A DNA stretch of 64,000 nucleotides from the human T2T-CHM13v2.0 reference genome, Homo sapiens. The stretch lies in the NCBI RefSeq assembly GCF_009914755.1, contig NC_060943.1. The stretch is one strand, 5' to 3'. Within the stretch, counting starts at the first letter, position 1; each line of letters opens with the position of its first letter. Shown in pieces: positions 32,476 to 48,684 of this stretch. Below the pieces are notes generated by a model. It ran no database searches. It was not told the DNA's origin and worked only from the letters and a program-made list of their open reading frames with translations. The translations under genes were made by a program, and so were the position numbers.

Positions 32476-32602
32476 TAATCACACTGTAACTCCTGGAGCA
32501 GGATCTGGTTCAACCTGCATTTATTAAACACATGATGGGTGGTGGATCTAATGCTGCAGGAGTTAGGGATGAAGGCGGGGTTCCAAGTGTTAAGAATTTC
32601 CT

Positions 32603-34060
<1,458 letters not shown>

Positions 34061-34998
34061 GGATGGTAACAGAAACGTGTCTGTGGGACCAGATAGTGTA
34101 ATAGGCTGTTCAGGAGGGGAGGTGATGAGCTTCCTGTCACTTCAGGGTTAAGGATGGGGACCTTCTCAGGAAGTCTTGTTTTCTAATTGAGATTTCTTCC
34201 CCATCAGAAGCATCTCAAACCTAAAAGACATTAGGAGTTGCCTCTGTTACATGTCGAATCCACAAACCAGTCTCTTCCCTTCTTACCTCCCCTCCTTCCC
34301 AACTGGTATCTTCCCTGCACACCCCTCCAGGCCCCTCTTCCTCAAACACCATTGTCCCCAGGACTTCAATGTCTACCCTCCCCTTGGAAACCTTTAGTAA
34401 TATAAAATCACCAAAGCATCTTAAAACAATAATGCCCAGTGTGGGCAAGGATGTTCAGAAATGGGCACTCTCATGTACATTTCATGGCAGGCTACATTGC
34501 CACAATAATTTCGAAGGGCAATTTTATGCCATGTATCAAGAATTAAAATCTGACTTAGCTATTTTATTTTCAGGAATTCAGCCTGAGAAAATAACCTGTG
34601 ATGTGCAAAATAAATTTATACACATGACCCTTCCTGATCTATCCATTGGCCCTGTCCCCAGTCCTGTCTTTTGCTGATCACTTGCTTGAACAGCACATGC
34701 CATTCAGATTAAATCCACATCATGGAGAATGTGCACTGTTTTTCTTTCCTCTGGGCTTTTTACATTTGTAAATTCCTGCCCTCCCCTTGCCAATTAACTC
34801 CTGCTCTTCCTTCCAGGATAAATTCAGATGTCACCTCCTCCAAGAAGCTTCTTGGCCTCCTGGGAGCAGATTGGGTACCTCCTCAGGGTCCCTAAGTGCC
34901 CTCCCTTATTGCTCAAAAGGCAATGCTATGGGGTGATTAACAGGGAAGATTCCAGAGCCAGTCTCTGATTCTAACACCTGCTTTACATGGCTATGTGA

Positions 34999-35393
<395 letters not shown>

Positions 35394-35675
35394 TGTTTTC
35401 TCTTAAACACTTATTAATCGTTTGCTGTGTGCCGGGAACTGTTCTGTGTGCTTTACAAATGGCAATTCATTGAACCTCCCAACAACCCTGTGAGGCAGGG
35501 GTTAGAGCTACCCATTTTGCAGATGAGGAGACTGAGGCCTTGAGAGTTTAAATGGCTTGTTGAAGTTCACACAGTGCAAATTGCAGAGCCAAATCTGAAT
35601 CCATGGCATCGGCGACTATACGGTGCTGCCTCTGGGCCTCCATCCTCATCTGGAAAATGGGGCCCATAGTAACAG

Positions 35676-36685
<1,010 letters not shown>

Positions 36686-37899
36686 GTGCCCCCTTGTAGA
36701 GGAGCTGAGAGGACTAGACTGTTTATGTCAAGCTCCTGGAGCAGGGCCTGGCCCATCCTCAGTGCTCGGTAAGTATCAGAGAGTATCATCAGTTACGGGA
36801 CTATCCTATTTTCCTACCTTCTTTATCGTTTCATCATTTCTGTTCATCATCGCCTAAAGCCTCCTGCCTACTATTTTCCAGGCTCTCAAAATGGGGTTTC
36901 TTTGATTTTCATAGCAGCCCGAAGGGGAAGTACAATCATTGCCCCATTTTGCAAATAAGGAAATTAATCAGAGAGGTCAAGTGACTTACCTCAGATCACA
37001 CAGATGACAGAGGTGGAGCAAGAAATTAATTTGGCTTGTCCTACTCAAAGATTCCCTGCCCTGCAACTTCCCCTTTAAGACATGATTGTTTAATAGAGTG
37101 AGTCTGGGACAATGCACATTTGTCAGGTACGCAGGCTCTGGGAAGCTGGAAATGGGACCAGCCAAGACTAGAGCTCTGATATAACCTCTGAGAAATGCCC
37201 TCCCCAACCTCAGTTCTCAGCCACACCCTCACCTACGAGCAACGCTCCCATCCAGGGCTCACCCCAGCCATGGGGAGCAACCAGGAACCGGGCCATGGGT
37301 CCTTTAGGAGTGCTTCCTCCTAGAAGGACATTGGTTTGCGGAGAACAGACTGCAAGAACCCCAGAGTGAGCCGATTTGTGTGTCCTGCCCGGAGCCCTAG
37401 CCCAGAGAGGAGATGGCCCAGCCTTCTGTCCCCATGATGAGGGCCGTGCCCATGGGGCATTGGTGGCCAGCCAGGGAGGGACTGGCACAGCCCTCTTCGG
37501 TTTACAACTGTTCAATGTCTCATTAACTTCTCCTCTTTGGTCATGTCTCTGGCCCAGCATTCGTGCCCTTTGCTCTTCCCAATCATCCTCATGGTAGGCA
37601 AACGTGGGAGGGCAGGGGACTGCATGCTCCCCTCCTGGCTTCCTGCTGTATAAATGGGGAAACAGAGGCCCCAGGAGAGCAAGTGATCTCCCCAGGACCA
37701 TACAAGGAGTCTGAAATCTGGCCCTGACTGGATTCCAGTCTTTGGCTCAAGCCTCAGCCAGAAGTCTCATCCTGCATATCTGGCCCAGTCTGAAGACTCA
37801 GGTGGGAGACAGGAAATGAAAATCTTCAGGAGCTTCAGGGAGGCTCATTGGAAAGAAAAGGAAACTTGTATTTACTGAGAAACCAGCTTTGCCGATGCA

Positions 37900-38790
37900 A
37901 CAGCAAATCCTGAGCTCAGCGTTCAAATTTCTCCAGAATCCAACCACTTCTCACCAGCTCCACCCACACCAGCACCATCTCCCACATGGACCATTGCAGT
38001 AGCCTCCTCACTGGGCTCCCTGCTCCTGCCCTCCTGCTAACACCTAAGTTGTCTCATGTCCCTTGCCTGCTCAGAGGCTTCCTGTGGCTTCTGTCTCACT
38101 CAGGAAAATGCCTAAGTCCCAACACTGGCCTGCAAGGTCCATGGTCTGGCCCCATCCCTGCCCCACCCTTATCTCCCGCTTCCTCCCTTACTCCCCGCTC
38201 TCCAGCCACACTGGCCTCTCCACTGTTCATCAACACTCAGGGCACAGTCCTGCCCCAGGGCCTTTGCATTTGCTTTACTTTCTGCCCCAAACACTCTTCC
38301 CAAGATAGCCACATGGCTTTTTCCTTCACCACAGTCAGGACCCTGTTCAGATGTCACCTCTTCAGAGAGGCCTTCCCTGGCTGTCCTGTGTACAGCCTAG
38401 CACTTCCTGTCCCACCTGTCTGGTTTATTTCTTTCCAACACACTCATCGCCGTGTGACACTCTCCACTGATTTGTGTTTGTTGATTGCTCTCCCTAATAT
38501 CAGTCCCTTAAAGGCAGGGATTTCTACCTGGTTTTTTTAATTCTATTTTATTTTTTTAGAGATGAGGTCTTGCTATATTGCCCAAGCTGGTCCTAAACTC
38601 CTGGGCTCAAGCGATCCTCCCACGTTAGCCTCCCAAGTAGGTGATTCTACAGGTGCAAGTGACTGTACCTGGCCCCTCTGCCTGTTTTGTTCACTCTTGT
38701 AAATGCCCAAAGCCTAGCGCAGTGCCTGGCACATGGTAGGTGTTCAATAAATATTTTGTGAATGAATGTGTGAGACCCTGCACTGAGCAG
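37900..38790 (+). mobile_element. L2 3' end with an Alu monomer
   Basis: L2 motifs ending gtgcctggcacatggtaggtgttcaataaatattt..gaatgaat. Confidence 0.75.
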
Positions 38791-39059
38791 TTGAATCCAA
38801 ATTAAGTGCAAGTTTCCATCCCCATGGCCATCAGGCTAGAACAGAGAGGCTCAAAAAGCCCCCCAGCCACACACCCTATAAGGGGAGGAGTTGGTATTTG
38901 GACCCACATCTAATGCCAAAGCCTGCATTCTTAACCACTGCATTACACTGCTCCTGGATTTAGGGATTTTACTGATGAGACCCACAGAAAGTGTAATAGC
39001 CATCCCCACTGATGCCCCTCCCTTAGTTAACGAAGAAATCTCAAAGATAAGAATCAAAG

Positions 39060-39697
39060 GGCCAGGCGGGGTGGCTCATGTCTGTAATCCCAGCACTATG
39101 GGAGGCTGAGGTGGGTGGATCACCTGAGGTCAGGAGTTTGAGACCCAGCCTGGCCAATATGGTGAAATCCTGTCTCTACTAAAAATACAAAAATTAGTAT
39201 TGGCATGCCTGTAATCCCAGCTACTTGGGAGGCTGAGGCAGGAGAATTGCTTGAAGTGGAGGTTGCAATGAGCCAAGATTGCACCACTGCACTCCAGCCT
39301 GAGTGACAAGAGCAAAGCTCCATCTCAAAAAGAAGAAGGAGAAGGAGGAGAAGGAGAAGGAGGAGAAGGAGAAGGAGGAGAAGGAGAAGGAGAAGGAGGA
39401 GAAGGAGAAGGAGAAGGGGAAAGGGAAGGGGAAGAGGAGGAGGAGGAAGAAGGAGAAGGAGGGGAAGGGGAAGAGGAGGACGAGGAAGAAGGAGAAGGAG
39501 GGGAAGGGGAAGAAGAAGAGTAAGGGGAAGGGGAGGAGGAGGAGGAAGAAGGAGAAGGAGCGGAAGGGGAAGGGGAAGAAGAAGAGGAAGAGGAAGAAGA
39601 AGACGAGGAAGAGGAGGAGGAGGACGGAAAAGAAGAAGAAAAAAGAAGAAGAAGGAGGAGGAGGAGGAGGAAGAAAGAAGAAAGAAGAAAAGAAGAT
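39060..39697 (+). mobile_element. Alu with about 370-bp GAA/GGA polypurine tail expansion
   Basis: Alu 39060-39330, then an almost pure purine tract. Confidence 0.9.
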
Positions 39698-39954
39698 GAT
39701 ATAGGAAGGATATAAGGACCCAGAGCAAGCCCAGGCACAAGCAGATGCCTTGAATATTCTTCCCAACTCTGAGCTGAGACGTCGTCCCCGCTTGGCCGAG
39801 GGCAGCTCTGCCCCCTGTTGGTCACTCATGGCAACGGCCCCATTGGTGTCCCAGGACAACAGCGTTGACAAGGATAACCCAACTGGCAAGTGCTCAAAAT
39901 CCCTAATATACACAGAGTTCCTGAAAAGCAACAGGAAAAAAAGAGACAATGCAT

Positions 39955-40251
<297 letters not shown>

Positions 40252-40596
40252 TGAATAGGCAACTCACAGAGGACATCATCTTCAAATGACTATCAAACTT
40301 AAGAAGAGATAGGCAGCTTCACTAGCGATGGAAATGTATTTTAAAACCACCTTGGGATACGAATGTTTATATGTACATGGAGCAAAAAAAAAGTGAAATA
40401 TTAATTATATCCAGCAACAGGAAAGAGAACTGTTATAAACACTGTTCAAGTATTTGGTGGCCATTCACTGGCACTGGCTTGTACCCCTGCTGAGCTTGGG
40501 GGACAAGGAGCCACAGTGCGGAGCTTTGGGCGTCCCAGTCCACACTTCTGCCTCTGCACTCTCTTATTCCCGTGTGTGTGTATCCCTCTGTTGTAA

Positions 40597-41073
<477 letters not shown>

Positions 41074-41504
41074 CTGACTGCTGTTTTTTAGGCTCCCTGT
41101 GGTGGTGGGGAGTGTAGGGGTTGGTCAGGTAATGCTAATGGAAAAGAAGGGCAGACCCCAAATCTCTCCCCACCCGTGGCACCAGTCTTTCTACAATGGG
41201 AATGCTCCCACCCACGACTTCACCCTCATCCAGAACCCAACCACCTTCTGTTGCCTCATTAGTCCTGCTTCCAGCTTCTGAGGCATCTCCAGGGCTAGTG
41301 CAGGGGAAAGAGCCAGCAGAAAGGCCTGGACTGCCGTGATGCATTTTACCTTGTTTGTAGACATGGACTGAAAAGCTGCAAGACCAGCAATTATAAATGA
41401 GAATACCAGCTAACCTGTGAGTGGTTACTCTGTACCAGGCACTTTGCTAGGCATGCCACATACATGATCTCCTTTAATAACATAACCCATGATAACCCAT
41501 GATA

Positions 41505-41871
<367 letters not shown>

Positions 41872-42051
41872 TCAGCGAGGTATAGTAATTTGCCAAATGT
41901 CACTCTGCTAGAAAATAGCTGAGCCAGAATTCAAACCCAGAGCTTGTACTTTGAAGCATTTCCAATTTGCTCTTTGAACCAATTTGGAGGCTTTCATTTC
42001 TGGAAGCCAGGCTGTTGACAGCTTTCACTTCTTATACTTTTTCCCACCTAG

Positions 42052-42780
42052 AAAGGTCTGGCTGGGTGCAGACCAAATATGATTCTGGTGTCAATTTGAA
42101 CAGACTGAACTCAAGTCCACATGGACCCTTCAGGATGGTCCAACTGGGAGAAGCCCTGAGGGTCACACAGAAGGGCCTCTCCACCTTCAACAAGTCTCCT
42201 GAGGATGAGGGCAGTGCACTTACCACTCAGCAAAGCCACACATGCATCCTCATTAGAGGGGCACCCTCTCTGCTGGAGAACCGGCAAGTCTCAAAATTGG
42301 GGCTTAGTCCAGGAGGGTTCTTGCCTTTGCCCAGGAAAGAATTCAAGGGTGAGCTGGTGGCGTTAGACAGCAATCTTTTATTGCACAGTACTGCTCCTTG
42401 CAGAGCAGGGCTATCTCATAGGTAATGTGCTCAGAGCAGGCAAGGTAGGGACTGTTGCCAACTGTATTTATACCCACTTATACCAACTTTCACTTACATG
42501 CAAATTAAGGGGTAGGTCAATGCAAATCGAGAGGTGGGTCATTTAGAATTTTCTAGGAAAATGGTGGTAAATTCCGGGTGATTTCCACACATTTGTAAAC
42601 TGTCATGGCTCTGGTGAGAATGTCTTGTGCTAATGCACAATGAGGGCAGCTAAGGATTGCTTTTGTTGCCATCTGCTGGTTCCTGCCAGTTTTTTCATTC
42701 TGTCCCTTCAGGACTGAGAAATAAGTCCTGCCAACCTATCTCCTACCTCATCTTTTCCTCAGCCCAGTCGGGGATGGTGG
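42052..42780 (+). pseudogene. Candidate decayed Ig-domain exon split by an LTR
   Basis: Strong acceptor ttttcccacctag. Frames read FWCQFEQTELKSTW, VQLGEALRVTQKG, LHLQQVS and PEDEG; G|GTGACT follows the LTR. Needs several frameshifts. Confidence 0.35.
42271..42750 (-). mobile_element. Solo ERV1 LTR (MER41/MER51/MER57-related)
   Basis: TG...CA ends, near-TSD tctc/tctt, gggttcttg...aaagaattcaaggg motif. Confidence 0.75.
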
Positions 42781-43018
42781 GTGACTAAGAACCAGACTGG
42801 TTGGAAAAACATGCTGTGATTTAAACCTGTAATCTCATTCTGGATTTTTATAGCAGACAAGCCAGTTGGACATGCCCAGTCTTTTTGCCATAAAACCCCA
42901 ATGTGCAAGGGAGACCAGACCAACTCCATTCTAGCTGAGGAGCCCCTGGCTGGGCTGCCTCTGGTCCATATTTTGCATCTCCTTATATCAAGTCTGAGCA
43001 TTGTCTTCCAACCCACGG

Positions 43019-43255
43019 AGTTCTTGAATGATGGAGCCCAGCCTCTTGATGGGTATTGGCACTCAAGCTGGGCTCCTGGGAACCCCACATGGCCGCACCC
43101 CTCTCCCATGATGGGGGAGAATCTCCTCCCTGGACCCTCCCTGTGGGGGCATCAGAATCTCTGGGGCAGCAACAGGGCTGGAAGAGAAGCCTGGACTTCT
43201 CCAGAAACTGTGTCTGTATGGCCAGCACATGTTTTCACTTCCCATGGGTATTTAT
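43019..43255 (+). pseudogene. Candidate decayed Ig-domain exon
   Basis: Frames read VLALK, WAPGNPT, SHDG, ENLL, GGIRI and DFSRNCVCMAS. Needs several frameshifts; splice sites are not intact. Confidence 0.28.
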
Positions 43256-43845
43256 ATGAGTGAAGGGCAGATATAGAGTATTAAGAGAATAAGGATCCTA
43301 AAAGCCTCCTTGGAGTCACCAAGGTCCTCCACAGTCCCTACAACCTTTAACTCCTCAGCTCCCCTCACCCAGGGAAATTCCAGTCAAATAGACTGAACCA
43401 CACAAGTGGCCAAATAATTTCAGGGAAGTTTAAACCCCTTTCAGATGCGCTAGTTGATCATATCTTGCCAGTTATCCTCAAGCTCCCCAAGCCTTCCAGC
43501 CACCTCCAATAACTTCATAGAAACCACTGGTTGCTAATGATCACGGAGTCCTGGACTCCTTTGAAAATGCATTGAAAGTTGTGTGATCCTGGACTGAAGC
43601 TTCAGGCCCTTCCTCAGAATATGCAGATGTATGCACAATGCTTCACACAATGTCAGGGATCCTTTCCAAGGAAATTTACACCCAGACATATCATCATCCA
43701 ACTGTGGAAAATCAAACACAAAGAAAAATCTCGAAAGCATCCAGAGAAAACTAAACACATCACTTATACCAAAACAACAATTCAGATGATGGCAGATTTC
43801 TCATCAGGAACCATAGTGGCCAGAAGAAAGTGGCACTTTTTTTTT

Positions 43846-44267
43846 AAGTGAAAGCAAATTTATTAAGAAAGAAAAGGAATAGGCCAGGTGCAGTGGCTCA
43901 TGCCTGTAATCCCAGCACTTTGGGAGGCCAAGGCAGTGGCTCACGCTTGTAATCCCAGCACTTTGGGAGGCCAAGGCTTGAGGCCAGGAGTTTGAGAGCA
44001 GCCTGGGTAACATGGGGAAACCTTGTCTCTACAAAAAATACAAAAATTAGCTGAGCATGGTGGTGCATGCCTGTAATCCCAGACACTTGGGAGGCTAAGG
44101 CATGAGAATCAGGAGGCAGAGGTTGCAGCGAGTCAAGATTTGCCACTGTACTCCAGCCTGGGCCACAGAGCAAGACTGTCTCAAAAAAGAAAGAAGAAAG
44201 AAAGAGAGGAAGAAAGGAAAAAAGAAAAGAAAGAAAGAAAGAGAGAAACGAAGAAAGAGAGAGAAAG

Positions 44268-44329
<62 letters not shown>

Positions 44330-44912
44330 GGAAGGAAGGAAGGAAGGAAGGAAGGAGGGAAGGAAGGAGAGAGAGAGAAAGAAAGAAAAGAAAGAGAAAG
44401 AAGAAAGAGGAAGAGAGAGAGAGAGAAAGAAAGAAAGGAAGGAAGGAAGGAGGGAAGGAAGGAGAGAGAGAAAGAAAGAAAGAAAAGAAAGAAAGAGAAA
44501 GAAGAAAGAGAAAGAAAGAGAGAAAAGGAATAAAAGAATGGCTACTCTATAGGCAGAGCAATGGCATGGGCTGCTCAACTGAGTACACTTACAGTTACTT
44601 CTTGATTATATGCCAAACAAAGGGTGGATTATTCATGAATTTTCCTGGAAAGGGGTGGGCAATTCCTGGAACTGAGGGTTCCTCCCCTTTTTAGACCATA
44701 TAAGGTAAGTGCTAGATGTTGCCATGGCATTTCTAAACTGTCATGGTGCTTGTGGGCATATCTTTTAGCATGCTAATGTATTATAATTAGCACATAAGGA
44801 GCAATGAGCATGACCAGAGGTCACTTTTGTCGCCATCTTGGTTTTGGTGGGTTTGGCTGGCTTCTTTACCACATCCTGTTTCATCAGCAAAGTCTTTATG
44901 ACCTGTATCTTG
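43846..44912 (-). mobile_element. MER41 fragment (U3-R only) with poly(A) and L1-type TSD, interrupted by an Alu plus GA-rich tail (43882-44520)
   Basis: Reverse MER41 sequence; T9 at 43837-43845; flanking gtggcac(a)tttt duplication; Alu TSD agaaaaggaata. Confidence 0.8.
44642..44671. promoter_or_regulatory. Tandem GAS (STAT) motifs in MER41
   Basis: TTCCTGGAA at 44642-44650 and 44663-44671. Confidence 0.6.
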
Positions 44913-45289
44913 GTGGCACATTTTTTAAGTGCTGAAAGGAAAACAACTGTCAACCCAGAATTCTGAATCAAGTGAAAGCATTCTTTAGGTTTAGGAGTGA
45001 AGGTGAACATTGAGGTTAGCTCGGTTTCACCTTGAATATGTCTTAAATCCCCTATGCATGCAGTGAATGTGGTTTTATACATAAAATGTTGTACAGCAGT
45101 AGCTGTATGCATACTTACAGTGTGTACAGAGATGCTCAGTACCCAACAGGACAAATCTGCAAAATACAGCTTCACCATTGAGCCATAGATGGAGCTGCTG
45201 CCTCAAATTAGAGCTGTATTTCCACCTGTTTCTATAGTTAAAATTTCATAAATTAAATGTGTGTATGATGCAAGTCTACTGCAATTCCT

Positions 45290-45770
45290 TTACTAGAGAG
45301 AAGTTGCAAGAACCAATGATCCCTGTTTCTTTATATTCATGCCCTCATCTAATTCCTTCCCCCTGAGTGTGGGCTGTACCTAGTGACTCATTTCTAATGA
45401 ATGAAGTACAGCAGAAAGTGATGGCTGTCACTTCTCAGATTGGGTTACAAAATGGCTGTTGCTTCTATTTTCAACTTCTCTCTCACTCTGTCTTGAATCA
45501 CTTTCTGAGGGGAAAGCTACCTGCCAGTAGCAAACACCATCTGAGTGAGCTTGGGAGCAGAACAATCACCCCATACCCTCATCCCAAGTTGAGCTTTTGA
45601 ATGACACTGCAGCCCCCGTCCAGTAGCTTGATCGCATCAGAGGGAAAAGACCTGGCTAAGCTGAGCCCAGATTCTTGACTCAAAGAGACTATGAGATAAC
45701 AAATGTTTTATTGTCTTAAGCCACTACATTTTGGAGTAATTAGTCATACATCAATAAATAACTAATGCAG
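45290..45770 (+). mobile_element. MLT1 LTR
   Basis: gagtgtgggctgtacctagtgactcatttcta...ttaagccactacattttgg...ataactaat. Confidence 0.75.
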
Positions 45771-46062
45771 GTGGCCTTCTGGGACACAGAGGAGGATGGA
45801 GAAGGTTGAATATCAGAGAGCAGATCTTGGGGACAAAAACACAGAGTCCTCATCACAGGTTATCATGCGAGCCCAGAAAACAAGCATCTAACATCTCATC
45901 AATAATATGTTCCCACACACCACCAATACTTTTACCAAAAAAAGTACTAATAGCTAATATTTCAGTTTGTATTTTCTAAAATTGACTCCATATGGCTTTC
46001 CTTTGGTGGAAAAGGAAAAAGAAAATTTGTCTCTGTCATTAACTTAATGTGATGTGTCAAAT

Positions 46063-46376
46063 TTTATTTTATTTTATTTTATTTATTTTTTGGAGCAGGG
46101 TCTCACTCTGTCACCCAGGCTGGAGTGCAGTGGTGCAATCTCAGCTCACTGCAACTTCTGCCTCCTGGGTTCAAGCAATTCTCATGCCTCACCCTCCTGA
46201 GTAGCTGAGATTACAGGCACACACCACCATGCCCAGGTCATTTTTTTTGTATTTTCAGTAGAGACAGGGTTTTACCATGTTGGCCAGGCTCGTCTCAAAC
46301 TCCTGACCTCAAATGATCCACCCACCTCAGCCTCCCAAAGTGCTGGGATTACAGGCATGAGCCACCACGCCTGGCC
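46063..46376 (-). mobile_element. Alu (S-type)
   Basis: TSD atgtgtcaaatttta. Confidence 0.95.
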
Positions 46377-46466
46377 AATGTGTCAAATTTTAGATGAGGA
46401 CACAGAGAACAGGACAGAGGACCTGAACTTTAATAATCATTCTCATATCAAATATGGAAACCACGT

Positions 46467-47150
46467 TGTTACGGTTTAAATGCTTGTCTCCTTCAAAATT
46501 CATGTTGAAACTTAATAGGCAATGTGGCAGTATAGAAAGGTGGGACCTTTAGGGGGCGATTGGGTCATGCAGGTTCTGCTCTGATGAATGGATTAATCCA
46601 TTCATGGGTTAATGGGTTAATGAATTAATAGGTTATTATGAGAGTGGCATTAGTAGCCTATAAGAAGAGGAAGAGAGACCTGAGCTAGCATGGCCCCTTG
46701 TCATGTGATGCCCTGCACTCTATAGACTGCAGAGAGTCCACACCAGCAAGAAGGCTCTCACGAGATGTGGCCCCTTAACCTTGGACTTCTCAGCTTCCAT
46801 GACTGTAAGAAATAAGTTCCTTTTCTTTATAAATTACACAGTTTCAGATATTATGTTATAAGCAACAATTAGAAAATCTTTAAATCCACCTGGGACCTGG
46901 AAGCCCCCTCTGCGGCTTCAAGATGTCCTGCCTTTCTGAGCTAAACCAATGTATACCTTACATGTATCAATTTATGTCTTTGCCTATAATTTCTGTCTCC
47001 CTAAAATGTATAAAACTAAGCTATAACCCAACCACCTGGGCACGTGTTCTCAAGACTTCCTGAGGCTGTGTCATGGATCATGATCCTTAACCATGGCAAA
47101 ATAAAATTCTAAATTGATTGAGACCTGTCTTAGATACTTTTTGGTTTGCA
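46467..47150 (+). mobile_element. MST LTR (46467-46868) abutting the 3' half of a MER4-group LTR
   Basis: MST consensus motifs, then ctgtctccctaaaatgtataaaac. Confidence 0.75.
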
Positions 47151-47232
47151 GCTGCAACCAAATGTCAGCCAGAGTTGCTGTCTCATCTGAGGCTCAACTC
47201 GGGAAGGATCTGCTTGGAAACCAGGGCGTTGG

Positions 47233-47695
47233 TAAGGGAGTAGACCACCCTTCATATTGTCTTATGTCCAATTTCTCCCTCCAAAGAAAGAAGAAGTAAA
47301 AACTAAAAGGCAGAAATGAAATCCACAGGCAGACAGCCCGGCACCACACCCTGGGCCTGGTAGTTAAAGATCGACCCCTGACCTAACCAGTTATGTTATC
47401 TACAGATTCCAGACATTGTATGGAAAAGCATTGTGAAAATCCCTGTCCTGTTCTGTTCTGTTCTGATTACCGGTACATGCAGCCCCCAGTCACATACCCC
47501 CTGCTTACTCAATCGATCACAACTCTCTCACACGGACCTCCTTGGAGTTGTAAGCCCTTAAAAGGGACAGGAATTGCTCATTAGGGGAGCTCAGTTTTTG
47601 GAGACGTGAGTCTTGCCAAAGCTACTGGCTGAATAAAGCCCTTCCTTCTTTAAGTCAGTGTCTGAGGGGTTTTGTCTGTAGCTTGTTCTGCTACA
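47233..47695 (+). mobile_element. Solo LTR2 (HERV-E/Harlequin) inside a reverse MLT1
   Basis: taagggagtagaccacccttcatattgtcttatg...ctgctaca; TSD ttgg. Confidence 0.85.
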
Positions 47696-48079
47696 TTGGC
47701 AGCATTCAATTGCTAACTGGTTGTAGGACTGAGGATCTCCATTTCTTGCTGGATTTTGCCCACATGGGCCTCCCAACATGACCACTTGTTTCCTCAAAGC
47801 CAGCAAGGGAGAGAGTCTCCTGGAAAGATGACTCTATGTTACAGAATTGCCAGAGGTGTTCAGACCAGAGCAACTAACACAGGAGACAGAAATTATTTAG
47901 GCAGATAGTGAGGGCAAAAGAGCTCTCAGCAGAACTTCCCTTCTAACAAAAAGTAGCCCAAGAAATCATTTTTCCTAACAAAGAGCAGCCTGAAAAATCG
48001 GGCTGCAAACATAAATAAGGAAGCTAGAAGCTTGCATGGGGGAGAGCCAGCAGCTGCACCAATAGAAAAGGGCTACCTG

Positions 48080-48684
48080 GGAGGGGAACATCACATACTC
48101 GGACCTGTCAGGAGGTGGGGGGATGGCGGGGAGAGCATTAGGACAAATACCTAATGTATGCGGGGCTTAAAACCTAGATGACGGGTTGATAGGTACAGCA
48201 AATCACCATGGCACATGTATACCTATGTAACAAACCTGCATGTTCTGCACTGTCATGCACGTCCATGTGAAGTGACCACCAAACAGGCTTTGTGTGAGCA
48301 ATAAAGCTTTTTAATCAGCTGGGTGCAGGCAGACTGAATCCAAAAAAGGAGTCAGTAAAGGGAGATAGGGGTGGGGCATGTTTATAGGATTTGGGTACAT
48401 AGTGGAAAATTATAGTTAAAGGGGATTGTTCTCTTGCGGGCAGGGGTGGGGGTCACAAGGTGCTCGGTGGGGAGCTCCAGAGACTAATTGTCCAGGAGAA
48501 GGAATATCACAAGGTAATGTCATCAGTTAAGGCAGGAACCGGCCATTTTCACTTATTTTGTGGTTCTTCAGTTGCCTTAGGCCATCTGGATGTATACATG
48601 CAGGCTTGGGCTCAGAGGCCTGATGTGCACATGTATCCCAGAACTTAAAGTAAAATAAAAATAAAAATAGATTCTAAAAAAGAA
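48080..48684 (+). mobile_element. 5'-truncated L1PA 3' UTR
   Basis: 16-bp TSD agaaaagggctacctg (48064-48079, 48685-48700). Confidence 0.9.
48251..48625 (-). mobile_element. Solo LTR7 (HERV-H)
   Basis: Reverse of TCAGGCCTCTGAGCCCAAGC; 5-bp TSD tgcac. Confidence 0.9.

Noticed and set aside
37270-37367. Two GCCATGG Kozak starts and an A|GTGAGC donor as a plus-strand leader exon
   Set aside because: Neither ATG frame gives a convincing signal peptide; motif evidence alone is too weak.
39700-39945. Strong minus-strand acceptor (ttttcctgttgcttttcag at 39921)
   Set aside because: No recognisable coding frame or matching donor. It could be a non-coding exon but cannot be supported from sequence alone.
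43898-44694. 143-226 aa ORFs
   Set aside because: GA-rich Alu tail plus Alu and MER41 sequence.
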